A stretch of DNA of 34,931 nt from a bacterium (GTDB lineage Bacteria > SZUA-182 > DTGQ01), in contig JBFMGO010000057.1 in NCBI GenBank assembly GCA_040752695.1, forward strand, positions 1 to 34,931, read 5' to 3'. Positions 1-9,559 of the stretch are shown here, one piece after another. Numbering within the stretch: the first letter of the stretch is position 1; each line of letters starts with the position of its first letter. A program made the translations under genes and the position numbers. The notes under the pieces are model-generated. The model saw only the letters and a program-made list of their open reading frames with translations, was not told the origin of the DNA and ran no database searches.

Positions 1-405
1 CCGAGCGAATTTAAAAAGACCAAATACATGAGTCACAGCCACCTGGTGCTGAAGCCCTTTTATGGGAAAGATGCGGTCTGGAACCGCAGCATTCTGAATC
101 ATGAGGGATACTTTTTCCTCGGCGGGGGACTGGTCAGTTATGAATGCCAGCCGGACGGAAATACCGAGAATGTCCTCTCGGCCAGCTTTGGAATCGGCAC
201 CAGGTATTTTATCCATGAGCATTTATGCGTGAATCTCGAGGTTCGGGATCTTTTGAATTTCAAGGATGAAGGCATGGAGAATATTCTCGGCTTCGGTCTT
301 GGCCTGGGATTCCGGTTTAACCTGTCTGCGAGGAAAACTGCCGGAGGCGAAACCATCGAGAGCCTGCAGCACTACCTGAGGGGAGAGGACAGGGAAAAAC
401 CATGA
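1..405 (+). CDS. Outer-membrane beta-barrel protein, myxobacterial GltA/B/H (NfsA/B)-like; 5' partial
   Basis: The frame is open from base 1 (PSEFKKTKYMSHSHLVLKPFYGK...). It has alternating amphipathic strands (YFFLGGGLV, FGIGTRYF, LGFGLGLGFRF) and a 'P-F-YGK' motif recalled from Glt-type barrels. The stop overlaps the next ATG (ATGA 402-405). Confidence 0.7.
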   Translation, partial: PSEFKKTKYMSHSHLVLKPFYGKDAVWNRSILNHEGYFFLGGGLVSYECQPDGNTENVLSASFGIGTRYFIHEHLCVNLEVRDLLNFKDEGMENILGFGLGLGFRFNLSARKTAGGETIESLQHYLRGEDREKP

Positions 406-2036
406 AACGGTCGGCAAAACAAATGGCCACACAAGCGGTGAAAAAAACGGTGATTGGCTTTACTGCGATCGTATTCTTTTTGCTGGCCTGTGCAGGAGGG
501 AAAAGCCATGCAGTTCAGCAGGATTCGGACGGCCAGGTTCCCGTAAGTGACCAGACCTCCGTAAGTGACCATGCCCCCGGCAGTGACCAGGCTCCCGAAA
601 GCGGCCCTGCCCCTGCCAATGACCGGGTGACGGTGAAGGAGAGGGACGCCTTTGCCAGAGGATACCGGCTCTTTGAAAAAAAGGAGTATCAAAAGGCAGC
701 CCCGTATTTATACCGTTTCCTCAACAAGAATTCACCGGATGCGGATGATTATGAATGGGCGGAATTTTTCTTCGGGATCTGTTTAAATAAGTGCGGTCTG
801 TCTCATGGTGCGGTTGATACGCTCACGCACCTCGTGACCAGAAAACCGAATCCCAGGATCATTTCCTATTGCCTTGAACTCTTTGAGGAGATCACCCGCA
901 CTATTCCCTTCGATCGTGATTTGCTCATCAATACTGTTATCTGCGATCAGGAGTATGGCCTTTTGGAAAAAGATATGGCTGATTTCATCAACTATTATCA
1001 AGGGGTTTTTGATTGGGAACAGGGATTTTTCCAGTGGGGGAACGATCATTTTCAAAAGATCAGCCCAAAGAGCTATTATTTCTCCAAGTACCTCTTCCAA
1101 AAAGCACTCTTGCGGGTTTATCAGGACAGGATCGATGAGGCCGTAGCCATAAGCCGGGATATCCTGGAAAGCCCTGGCAGCGGGCGACCGGATGCCGGCC
1201 GTGCCGAAGCGGATGAGCTCAGCGGGCTCAAGGATGAAGTGGCTGTAACCCTGGCCCGGCTGCTCTATGAAAAGGGCAGGTTCGAGGAGGCTGAAGGCAT
1301 GTATCAGAAGATCCGGAAACCCCTTTTAGAGCAGGCTCAGAATCTTTTCGAGAGGGCATGGACCAACTATCGAATGGGAAACCTGGAAAAGGCCATGGGG
1401 CTTTTGTATGCTTTCGAGGCTCCCAGCTTTCAGGATTATTTTACCCCTGAATATTATATCCTCAAGTCTCTCATCTATAAAGATGTGTGTCATTATCAGC
1501 GTGCCCTGGCCGTAGTAAATGAATTTAAAACCCGATATGGCTGCTCCCTTCAATTAATCTATGGCCGGGGCACGGCTTCGGATGACACCGGACTCCTTTT
1601 ACTTCTTTTGAACAAAAAGAAGATCAATGAGAGCTGGGAGTTTTTAAAGCTTCTGGACCGGGAAAAAGAAAAGAGCAGGGGCTTTCTCGATAAGCCTCTT
1701 AAGGAGTACCTGGAGAGGGTGTATACCCTCGAGATCGAGAAAATAACCGGGGTTTTCAGAAAGCAGATCGAGGATGAATATGAAAAAATGGCCAATGAAC
1801 TGCTGAAGTTCGAAGAACAGGTCAATCTCATGGAATACGAGATCGGACTCGACATGTACCAGAGAGTCTATCAATACCACTACCGCAAGGAAAGCCAACT
1901 GGCCCAAAAACCCGCCCAAGGGGTAGCCGTCTATCCTTTCCAGGGTGAGTTTTGGAATGATGAACTGGATGATTATACGGTAACTTTGCCTGATAAATGC
2001 AACTGTATCGAAGAGTGGGATATATTTTTCAAATGA
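402..2036 (+). CDS. Exported TPR protein, GltC/NfsC-like
   Basis: N-terminal signal/lipobox-like segment (FFLLAC), TPR helices (LARLLYEKGRFEEAEGMYQKI, LFERAWTNY), and a C-terminal 'YPFQGEFWNDELDDY...C' motif that I recall as typical of GltC-family proteins. Confidence 0.7.
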   Translation: MKRSAKQMATQAVKKTVIGFTAIVFFLLACAGGKSHAVQQDSDGQVPVSDQTSVSDHAPGSDQAPESGPAPANDRVTVKERDAFARGYRLFEKKEYQKAAPYLYRFLNKNSPDADDYEWAEFFFGICLNKCGLSHGAVDTLTHLVTRKPNPRIISYCLELFEEITRTIPFDRDLLINTVICDQEYGLLEKDMADFINYYQGVFDWEQGFFQWGNDHFQKISPKSYYFSKYLFQKALLRVYQDRIDEAVAISRDILESPGSGRPDAGRAEADELSGLKDEVAVTLARLLYEKGRFEEAEGMYQKIRKPLLEQAQNLFERAWTNYRMGNLEKAMGLLYAFEAPSFQDYFTPEYYILKSLIYKDVCHYQRALAVVNEFKTRYGCSLQLIYGRGTASDDTGLLLLLLNKKKINESWEFLKLLDREKEKSRGFLDKPLKEYLERVYTLEIEKITGVFRKQIEDEYEKMANELLKFEEQVNLMEYEIGLDMYQRVYQYHYRKESQLAQKPAQGVAVYPFQGEFWNDELDDYTVTLPDKCNCIEEWDIFFK

Positions 2037-5000
2037 TAAAAAAACTGCTTACTTCGAAAACTATCTTTATCCCTGTTTCCGTTTCCATCTTTATCCTGGC
2101 CTTCGTCTTTATGCCCCTGGTCTTGTTCTTCCTTTCCCCTGGTTTTTGCAGCCAGGCTGAAAGCCCCGGAGGTCATGGGTCTTCCATGGACCGGGGTAAT
2201 GGGGGAAGCGATGAAAGCAATGAATACGGAAAAAGCTATCAGCACGAAAAGAAGGCCGGGGAGGATCAGGCCAGGGAAAGACAACAGGTGATCTCCAAGC
2301 TCAGAGAGGATAAACAAAAGTGCGATCTGGCTATTGAAAATACCAAGCTCCTGATCGACCGGTCGAAGAACAAGCCCTACCTTCCGGAGATGTACCTGCG
2401 CCTGGCCGAGTTGTATATCGAAAAGTCCCGGCTGGTGTATTTCCTCCGCAAGGCCGAGTCCAGCGGCACTTCGGTCAAGTCCCTGGAGCAGCTCGAATCG
2501 AATGCCCTGAAGAATCAGGCTATCGAGCTTTACCTGCGCATCCTTACCAACTTTCCCGATTTCAAGGACCTTGATAAGGTGCACTTTTATCTGGCTCACG
2601 AATACCGGGAGCTTGGCCAGATCGATGCCATGATCACCCAGTACCGGGCCATTATCAGCGCCTTCAAGGATAGCCCGTATGCTGCGGAAAGCTATTTGCT
2701 TTTAGGGGATTATTTTTTCAATGCTCAGGATCTCGATATGGCCCAGAGGCATTACGAGGCGGTCTTGAATTATCCGCAAAGCTCAGGGCTGGCCATTGCC
2801 CGTTATAAGCTGGCCTGGTGTTACATTAACAGGGCGAATTTCCAGGAAGCCATCAAGCTCTTCGAGGAATCCGTCACCAGCCTCACCGATGCCGGGGAGC
2901 TTGATATCGACACCTACAAGAGGGTGGATGTCAGGATCGAGGCCCTGACCGATATGGCCTATTGCTACGGCGAGTGTTACAAAGAGAGTACGCCTTCCGA
3001 AGCCATAGCCTATTTTGAAAAGTATGCCTGGGCACGGCCTGTTTACACCCTGGCTCTTGAAAAACTGGCTAATCGCTACCTGATCAAGAACAAGTGGTCT
3101 CATGCCGCCGCCATCTACCGCAAGCTGTCAACCTTACGGCACGATACCGAAAAGCTGCTCGAATACAGCCGCAGGATCTTCGAATGCGTCCGGTCCATGG
3201 AGCATTTCGAGGATGCGGACCAGGATGTAGGGATCATGATTGCAGCGCTCAGGAAACAGAAGTACTCCGTCCATATCCCTGAGGAAGAGAAAAAGAAAAA
3301 CCTGGCCGATTTCGAGCTCTACGCAAGAGACATGATTACTCGCCTCCACCAAAAGGCCAGGGAGAAAAAATCGAAAGAGGATTTCATCCGGGCTGCTGAT
3401 TCGTATAAGGCCTATCTCGAATTTTTCGACTCAAGCCCAACCTACAGGGAGATGGAGGCAAACTATGCCGAGGCGCTTTTCGCGGCCCAACGGTATCTCG
3501 ATGCCGGAAAGCAGTACGAGAAGCGTGCCAGGGCCATTCCCCAAAAGAACAGGCAGAGAGAAGAGAGCCTCTACAGCGCGGTGCTCTCTTACTACAGCGC
3601 ACTCAAGCAGAGTAAGGACAGCCTCACTCCTTACCAGATCGCCTCAGCCAGAGGAGGGCTCAAAACGTGCGGCAAGGCGTATACCGATGATTTCCCGGCT
3701 TCTCCGCGGGTTTCCAATGTGCTCTTTAACGTGGCCTGGATCACCTACGACGAGGGAAAATATGATGAAGCCATAGCCGAATTTTCCCGGTTTGTCGACC
3801 GCTACCCGGGGGGTGAGGAGGCCAGAGCTGCGGTCCATCTCATTCTCGATGCCTATAACCTGAAGGAAGATTATGCCGGCTTGATGAAGTATGGGCAAAA
3901 GATCCTCAGGAGCCGGAAGATTCAGGACGCGGAATTTACGAATGAGATCCAGAAAATCGTGCAGGCTGCGGAAGCGAAGATCATCAGCTCGTTCACGGTT
4001 GCTGCCCTCAACGACTGGGACAAGAAAAGCGATTTTTCTTCCGGCGGCGGGGAAGGTTCGGCTGGCAGGGATGCCTCTTTGGGAGAATATGCTCTCTATG
4101 CCCTCCTTGCTCCGAGCAGGGAGAAAAAAGACCTTGGGACCCTCTTTACCTCCGGATCGCAGTTGATCGAACACTACCCGGGCTCGCCGAAGGTCGAAGA
4201 AGCCTTGAGTCTCATGGTCGATTCCTCACTGCGGATCGGTCAGTTCAGGCTCCTTGCCCAGTACCTCGAAGAGTATGCCAGTCGCTTTCCCCAAAAGAGC
4301 GGCAGCCTCGATTTTCTCTATCAGGCAGCCCGCATCAGAGAGGGGCTTGGTCAGTATGACCTCGCGAACAAGGACTACCAGGACTATCAGGGGCTTCTCG
4401 ATCGCGATGCAGGCCGGACAAATGACGCCCGGACCGGGAGCGGCCAAACCAGAGCGCAAATCCTGCTGGCTATGGCGGATAATGCCGGGCACAAAGGCGA
4501 TAATCCTGCTGCACTCAGGCTGCTGCAATCTTCCAGGGATCTTCTTCCGCCCCAGGATCAAATCGAAGTCGATGCCCGCATAGCCGATCTCTATGCAAAG
4601 GAGGGTGATTTTGACAAGGCCGTCGTCTTTGCCGCAAGAGCCAAAAAGGCATACAACCCCAAGTCTGCCAAGGCGGGCGGGGACCTTTCGGGGAATCTTC
4701 CGAGTGTCATGGCCGGGATGGAATATGACCTCCTGGAGCAGGACTTTAAAAAGTATATGGGGATTCAACTGAAAGGGAGCATCGATAACAAGCTCGTAGC
4801 AGCCAAGGCAAAGAGCCTTGAGGCACTGGAAAAGGGCTATCTTGCCGTTATTCAGTACCAGTCTCCTGAACGGGCTTTAGCTGCCTGCTATCGCTCGTAT
4901 GAAACCTACCGGGAGTTTGCCCGCTTTCTCAAAGAGTCTCCCCTTCCCGAATTAACACCTGAGGAGAAAGAGCAGTATCTTCAGCTTATTGATCAGCAGG

Positions 5001-5632
5001 CGCAAGGATACACCAAAAAGGCGGAGCAATACCGCAGCGCCTGTGTCGAAAAGGCCCATAGCTGGCTGGTGTGCGATCCTCACCTGGCACGATATTTCCT
5101 CGACTCTTCCACCCGGCCGGAAGGTTCAGGCTTTTCAAGGCCGGCATCCATGGCTGAAATAACCTCCCAATGCTTCAAGGATGAGGCATTGAGGGAGCTG
5201 CATCAAAAGCTCATGGAAAATCCGGACTCCCTTTCCACCATCCTGACTCTTTGCGAAACCTACCGGGAAAAGGGTGATGTGAGGCTTTCGATCCTCATAG
5301 CCCGGCAGGCACTCGATAAGGCAGGTTCTGTGGGTGATGGCAAGGGTCAGTCTCGATCATTGAAGGCCCGGAATTATAACGCCCTTGGCGTCTCCTATCT
5401 CACGATTGGTGAAGATCGACTGGCTAAGGATGCCTTTACTGCGGCCCTGGCCATCGATGCTCAAAATATCGCGGCAAGGGTCAATCTTGCCGCTCTCTAT
5501 CAGTACTACGGCCATATAGACCAGGCCAGGAGCATATATCAATCGCTTCCTGACCAGGGAAAGATCGAAGAAACAAAAGATGCGATCCATCCTAAAGCGC
5601 GGGAGTTCTACCATGCATACCTTCGAGGATAA
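2033..5632 (+). CDS. Large periplasmic TPR protein (1199 aa), GltD/AgmU/NfsD-like
   Basis: The ATG at 2033 overlaps the upstream stop (ATGA) and is preferred over the track start at 1997. Hydrophobic N-terminus followed by many TPRs (YLRLAELYIEKSR, YLLLGDYFF, ARYKLAWCYIN). Size and position after a GltC-like gene fit GltD. Confidence 0.7.
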   Translation: MIKKLLTSKTIFIPVSVSIFILAFVFMPLVLFFLSPGFCSQAESPGGHGSSMDRGNGGSDESNEYGKSYQHEKKAGEDQARERQQVISKLREDKQKCDLAIENTKLLIDRSKNKPYLPEMYLRLAELYIEKSRLVYFLRKAESSGTSVKSLEQLESNALKNQAIELYLRILTNFPDFKDLDKVHFYLAHEYRELGQIDAMITQYRAIISAFKDSPYAAESYLLLGDYFFNAQDLDMAQRHYEAVLNYPQSSGLAIARYKLAWCYINRANFQEAIKLFEESVTSLTDAGELDIDTYKRVDVRIEALTDMAYCYGECYKESTPSEAIAYFEKYAWARPVYTLALEKLANRYLIKNKWSHAAAIYRKLSTLRHDTEKLLEYSRRIFECVRSMEHFEDADQDVGIMIAALRKQKYSVHIPEEEKKKNLADFELYARDMITRLHQKAREKKSKEDFIRAADSYKAYLEFFDSSPTYREMEANYAEALFAAQRYLDAGKQYEKRARAIPQKNRQREESLYSAVLSYYSALKQSKDSLTPYQIASARGGLKTCGKAYTDDFPASPRVSNVLFNVAWITYDEGKYDEAIAEFSRFVDRYPGGEEARAAVHLILDAYNLKEDYAGLMKYGQKILRSRKIQDAEFTNEIQKIVQAAEAKIISSFTVAALNDWDKKSDFSSGGGEGSAGRDASLGEYALYALLAPSREKKDLGTLFTSGSQLIEHYPGSPKVEEALSLMVDSSLRIGQFRLLAQYLEEYASRFPQKSGSLDFLYQAARIREGLGQYDLANKDYQDYQGLLDRDAGRTNDARTGSGQTRAQILLAMADNAGHKGDNPAALRLLQSSRDLLPPQDQIEVDARIADLYAKEGDFDKAVVFAARAKKAYNPKSAKAGGDLSGNLPSVMAGMEYDLLEQDFKKYMGIQLKGSIDNKLVAAKAKSLEALEKGYLAVIQYQSPERALAACYRSYETYREFARFLKESPLPELTPEEKEQYLQLIDQQAQGYTKKAEQYRSACVEKAHSWLVCDPHLARYFLDSSTRPEGSGFSRPASMAEITSQCFKDEALRELHQKLMENPDSLSTILTLCETYREKGDVRLSILIARQALDKAGSVGDGKGQSRSLKARNYNALGVSYLTIGEDRLAKDAFTAALAIDAQNIAARVNLAALYQYYGHIDQARSIYQSLPDQGKIEETKDAIHPKAREFYHAYLRG

Positions 5633-7046
5633 GGGAAAAGGGGATAAGAGAAAAAGGTGCCGTCGGCTGATTTTCCTCCTGGCTCTTCTCTTTTTGAGTA
5701 TCTCGGCTGCCGGAGGATGCGGTGGAGGAGGTGGCGGCGGCGGGCGGGAAGACAGCGGCCAGCCTGATGAACAACCCTACAATATTCTGCAAATCAAATG
5801 GGGGCAGACCGCTTTGGCCCGGATCGAGGCCGGAGGTATGCTCAGCCCCCGCATCGAAGCTGCTTTCGACGGCAGCGGGAAAGTTCATCTTGCCTATTTC
5901 CAGGATGGTTCCGATACTCCTTACAGGATTCGCTATATGACGGCAGACGGGCAAGCTCCGCGCTCCCTTTCTCCCTCCGAGCCGGCAACGGTCGCAGGCA
6001 TCGATAACTGCGCGGCCCTCAGCCTGGCGCTTGGTCAGGATAACCTGCCGGTAATTGCCTACCGGGGAGGGATGATCCGGGAATGCGGGAGGGAGCAGCA
6101 GTCGGATGCCATGATCAGCCTGAAAAGCGACACCTGGGCTGAATACACGGGTGCCATCGGCGTGGTCGAGCGAAACCCGGTCTTTCACGATGGCCTGGCA
6201 GGCACCGAAATATCGGCAGTGGTTGACTCGCAAGGGAATGTCCACCTTGCCTATCAGTTTTTTTACGAGGGGTGCGATGCCATGAACCAGCGCTACCCCG
6301 ATCTTTGCTATGTCAGGAAGGACCGTTCGGCACTCGATGGAGCGGTTCCTGAAGAAACCGTGGAGGGGAATCAGTATGACGGGGACAATATCCAGAACAG
6401 TGTGGGCTACCACTGTGCTCTCACCCTGGATGGGGAGGAAAACCCGGTCATTTTCTATTATGCCGAACTTCCCGATCACACACAGGGGCTTCGCGTGGCC
6501 CGCAAACGCAACGGAGTGTGGGAGAAGGAATGGATCGAGGAAGGCTGTGTTGTCGGCTCGATTGCCTGCGCCCGGTGCGATGCGGGAGGTTTCCTGGGAG
6601 TAGCCTATTACGTAGAGGAATACAGCGATGGTTATGGTGATGGATACAGCGGTGGTCAGGTCGATTCTCATTGCCTGCGCTATGCTCAGGAAATCGCTTC
6701 ATCTTGGGAAGGTGCTTCGTCTCAGGGAGAGGGCTCATTCTGGCGCGTCCAGATGGTGGATAACGCTTCCTTTTGCGGAGACTATTGCAGTCTTGCCTAT
6801 GATGCCGAAGGGTCTGCGGCCATTGCCTACTATGAGCTGAAAAGCCACAGCGGGTATGACCTGAACAATCTGAAGCTGGCACGCTTTCAGCAAGGCGTAT
6901 GGAAGAGCGAAGTCGTTGCCTCGGAAGGGGACATCGGACTTTACAATACCCTCTGGTTTGATGGCAGCCAAAGGCCAGTTATCTGCTCGTACTCCAGGAC
7001 TGAAGATACGATTTTTCTCTTTTCCCCCTATTACGAAGAAGAGTGA
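5613..7046 (+). CDS. Lipoprotein with probable beta-propeller repeats and poly-Gly linker
   Basis: Basic N-region, hydrophobic core and lipobox AGGC followed by 8 Gly. Repeated blade-like motifs (AFDGSGKVHLAY, VVDSQGNVHLAY, LTLDGEENPVIFY, LAYDAEGSAAIAY). Start at ATG 5613 is inferred from the signal peptide. Confidence 0.65.
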   Translation: MHTFEDKGKGDKRKRCRRLIFLLALLFLSISAAGGCGGGGGGGGREDSGQPDEQPYNILQIKWGQTALARIEAGGMLSPRIEAAFDGSGKVHLAYFQDGSDTPYRIRYMTADGQAPRSLSPSEPATVAGIDNCAALSLALGQDNLPVIAYRGGMIRECGREQQSDAMISLKSDTWAEYTGAIGVVERNPVFHDGLAGTEISAVVDSQGNVHLAYQFFYEGCDAMNQRYPDLCYVRKDRSALDGAVPEETVEGNQYDGDNIQNSVGYHCALTLDGEENPVIFYYAELPDHTQGLRVARKRNGVWEKEWIEEGCVVGSIACARCDAGGFLGVAYYVEEYSDGYGDGYSGGQVDSHCLRYAQEIASSWEGASSQGEGSFWRVQMVDNASFCGDYCSLAYDAEGSAAIAYYELKSHSGYDLNNLKLARFQQGVWKSEVVASEGDIGLYNTLWFDGSQRPVICSYSRTEDTIFLFSPYYEEE

Positions 7047-7057
7047 GGTGATGATGT

Positions 7058-7891
7058 ATGAAACGCTCTCTTTCTCCTGTAGTCTTGATACTTTTCCTCG
7101 CTGTCCTGACTCTGCTTGTCCGGGGCCTTCCTGTTCAGGCCCAGGACTTTAATCCGAACGACTGGTTTGACGAATGCCCCGATGACCTGTGCGGTGCACC
7201 TCCATCCGGCGGTGTGGGCGGGGGTGGCGGAGGCGGCGGGCCTATCGTGGTCAATTACGATTTAGGGCCGCATTTCTCCCTTCAGGAAGATTACGATGCC
7301 GATGGCATGGTGGATACAAGGGACAACTGTCCCTATACTCCCAATGACCAGGAGAACCGTGATGGCGATGATCATGGAGATGCCTGTGACAATTGCCCCT
7401 CTGTGGCGAATAATGATCAGCTCGATACTGACGGGGATGGAACCGGGGATGTCTGTGATCAGGATCTCGATGGCGACGGCATCTTGAATCAGAGCGACAA
7501 CTGCCGCTCCATCTCTAATCCTTATCAGGAGGATTACGACCATGACGGCACCGGCGATGTCTGCGATGAGGATGATGACAACGACGGTGTCCCGGACAGC
7601 ATCGATAATTGCAGCAAGGTGTATAATCCTGGCCAGGAAAACAGCGATTATTACCTGATTGGCGATACCAGCGGTGATGCCTGTGACGAGGATTGGGACA
7701 ATGATGGCTTCCCGGAAACGGACGGCCCTGACAAAGACCTGTGCCCCAATTGTCGTACCTATGAAAACAATGACTTTGACGGTGATGGCATAGGTGATGC
7801 CTGTGACAATTGCCCCAAAATACCGAATCCCGGTCAGGCGGACCAGGATCAGGACGGAAGAGGAGATGTGTGCGATGAAGGGCAAAAGTAA
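7058..7891 (+). CDS. Secreted thrombospondin type 3 (Ca-binding) repeat protein, MtsC-like
   Basis: Signal peptide ending VQA. The N-terminal [25 protein letters not shown] segment resembles myxobacterial MtsC from memory. Many DNCP...N.DQ.D.DGDG.GD.CD repeats follow. Confidence 0.8.
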   Translation: MKRSLSPVVLILFLAVLTLLVRGLPVQAQDFNPNDWFDECPDDLCGAPPSGGVGGGGGGGGPIVVNYDLGPHFSLQEDYDADGMVDTRDNCPYTPNDQENRDGDDHGDACDNCPSVANNDQLDTDGDGTGDVCDQDLDGDGILNQSDNCRSISNPYQEDYDHDGTGDVCDEDDDNDGVPDSIDNCSKVYNPGQENSDYYLIGDTSGDACDEDWDNDGFPETDGPDKDLCPNCRTYENNDFDGDGIGDACDNCPKIPNPGQADQDQDGRGDVCDEGQK

Positions 7892-9536
7892 AAACAAGGG
7901 CAGGTGTGCGATCTTCCTTCTCCTTCTTTTTGTTCTCCTGACCGTACTGGGCTCAGGGTGCGGGGAAGGACCGGATCTTGAGAGAACTCAGGCCAGGCAG
8001 AAGGTGAGCCTTGAGGGCACCTTCATTACCGAGAGCCCTGACGAGATTCGATTTCCGGTCAAGGTGCTCTTTGCCATCGACTGCTCCCTGAGCATGGGTG
8101 ATACGGTCAACGGGCAACTGGCAGGATCTGATCCGCACTTTTTACGGATCGAGGCTGTGCGGGAGTTTGTTGACACCTATAACAGCAATGAAAACACCTC
8201 CTTTGAAATCATGCTCTGGAACAACGATGTCTTCGAGCGGACAAGGACCGTTGACGGCAAGGGGGGATTTACCAAAGATCCTGACGAGATCGACAGGGTT
8301 CTAAACCGTGTCGCCAACGATACCATGACCGATTACCTGGGCACCCTGGACGCCATGTATGGCGATATTGAACGGGATATCAACCGCGTAAAATCCGAAG
8401 AAGAGCAGAATCTCATTCGCACCAAGTACATCGTCGTCTTTTTGAGTGACGGCATGTCCAATGTGCAGGGAGGAAGGCAGTCGGACAGGGATATCTGGGA
8501 CCGGGTCGATGAGATGAATCAGATGGCGACCCAGGCAGGTGTGGGGTCTTTCAATTTTCACACCTTCCTCCTGCTCGGCAATTTTCCGCCGACCGAAAGT
8601 GGACAACAGGCCCAGCAGCTTGCCGAAGCTACTCTTCAGGGTATGGCGGACCGGGGATCGGGACAGTTCCGGCCCTTTGAAAATGCGGAGGCTATCGATT
8701 TTATCAACATCGTCGATATGCGCCTGACCGTCGAATATAAAATAAAATACCTGGTGGCGGTTAATTACAATGTCAGACCGGGACTTGAGCTCGTATACGT
8801 AGACAGTGACTGCGACGGACTGAACGATGAAGAGGAAACCGAATACGGCACCGATCCCAATTGCCGCGATACGGACAAAGACGGCCTCAGCGATTTTTTC
8901 GAGATCAAGGCAAGTTCGCCGGGTCATGAACTGAATCCCCTGGTAGCGGACAGCCCCTGCGACAGCATGCCTGATGGCATCTGGCCGGATTCTGACCGGG
9001 ATGGTTTGACGGATTGCGAAGAATTCGTCAAGGGAACCAACCGGCATATCGCCGATACTGACAAAGACGGCATCCCCGATGGCATTGAATTTTCCATGGG
9101 TACCAATCCCCTGCCCCAGGAGGGCCAGACCACCACGGATTGCGATTTTGATGGCGTAGAGGATTACCAGGAGGTCCAAAGGCATACCAATGTCACCTCG
9201 AACGATCCCAGGATAAGGGAAAAATACAGCTATCACTATGATATCAAGGACCAGGGACTGGTGCCCATTTCGCAGGGGTCATCCATGCAATCCTACGTTC
9301 GGCAGTACCATTTCCTGATTTCCAATATCGATATCATGGATACGAAAGGGCGCATCGGAGAGAATGGAGAATACTGGCGGCCGGGAGATAATCTCATCCG
9401 CTTCTATATTGCCGAGGTGCCGGAAGATAATCCATCCAGCACCCCCATTTTTCGGATGGCTGAGGTGGTCGTGAACAGTAATGACAAAAATAGACAGATC
9501 GTCCTCACCCCGCAAGATTTTATCCTGATTCAGTAA
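7875..9536 (+). CDS. vWA (MIDAS) domain lipoprotein with C-terminal Ca-binding DxDxDG repeats, MtsB/MtsD/CglB-like adhesin
   Basis: Lipobox [20 protein letters not shown] carries DxSxS, with further MIDAS candidates in MTDY and FLSDG. Repeats DSDCDGL, DTDKDGL, DSDRDGL, DTDKDGI. ATG at 7875 overlaps the upstream gene. Confidence 0.8.
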   Translation: MKGKSKNKGRCAIFLLLLFVLLTVLGSGCGEGPDLERTQARQKVSLEGTFITESPDEIRFPVKVLFAIDCSLSMGDTVNGQLAGSDPHFLRIEAVREFVDTYNSNENTSFEIMLWNNDVFERTRTVDGKGGFTKDPDEIDRVLNRVANDTMTDYLGTLDAMYGDIERDINRVKSEEEQNLIRTKYIVVFLSDGMSNVQGGRQSDRDIWDRVDEMNQMATQAGVGSFNFHTFLLLGNFPPTESGQQAQQLAEATLQGMADRGSGQFRPFENAEAIDFINIVDMRLTVEYKIKYLVAVNYNVRPGLELVYVDSDCDGLNDEEETEYGTDPNCRDTDKDGLSDFFEIKASSPGHELNPLVADSPCDSMPDGIWPDSDRDGLTDCEEFVKGTNRHIADTDKDGIPDGIEFSMGTNPLPQEGQTTTDCDFDGVEDYQEVQRHTNVTSNDPRIREKYSYHYDIKDQGLVPISQGSSMQSYVRQYHFLISNIDIMDTKGRIGENGEYWRPGDNLIRFYIAEVPEDNPSSTPIFRMAEVVVNSNDKNRQIVLTPQDFILIQ

Positions 9537-9559
9537 AGCAGTAAGAAGGGGGCTTCACC

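Noticed and set aside
7290..7880. Possible CRISPR or DGR-like repeated DNA
   Set aside because: The repeats are in-frame degenerate TSP3 codons. There is no constant repeat/unique spacer pattern and no cas or reverse transcriptase gene.
5592..9236. Long minus-strand ORFs (359, 211 and 311 aa)
   Set aside because: Shadows of the Asp-rich + strand genes (GAT/GAC read as Ile/Val on the reverse strand).
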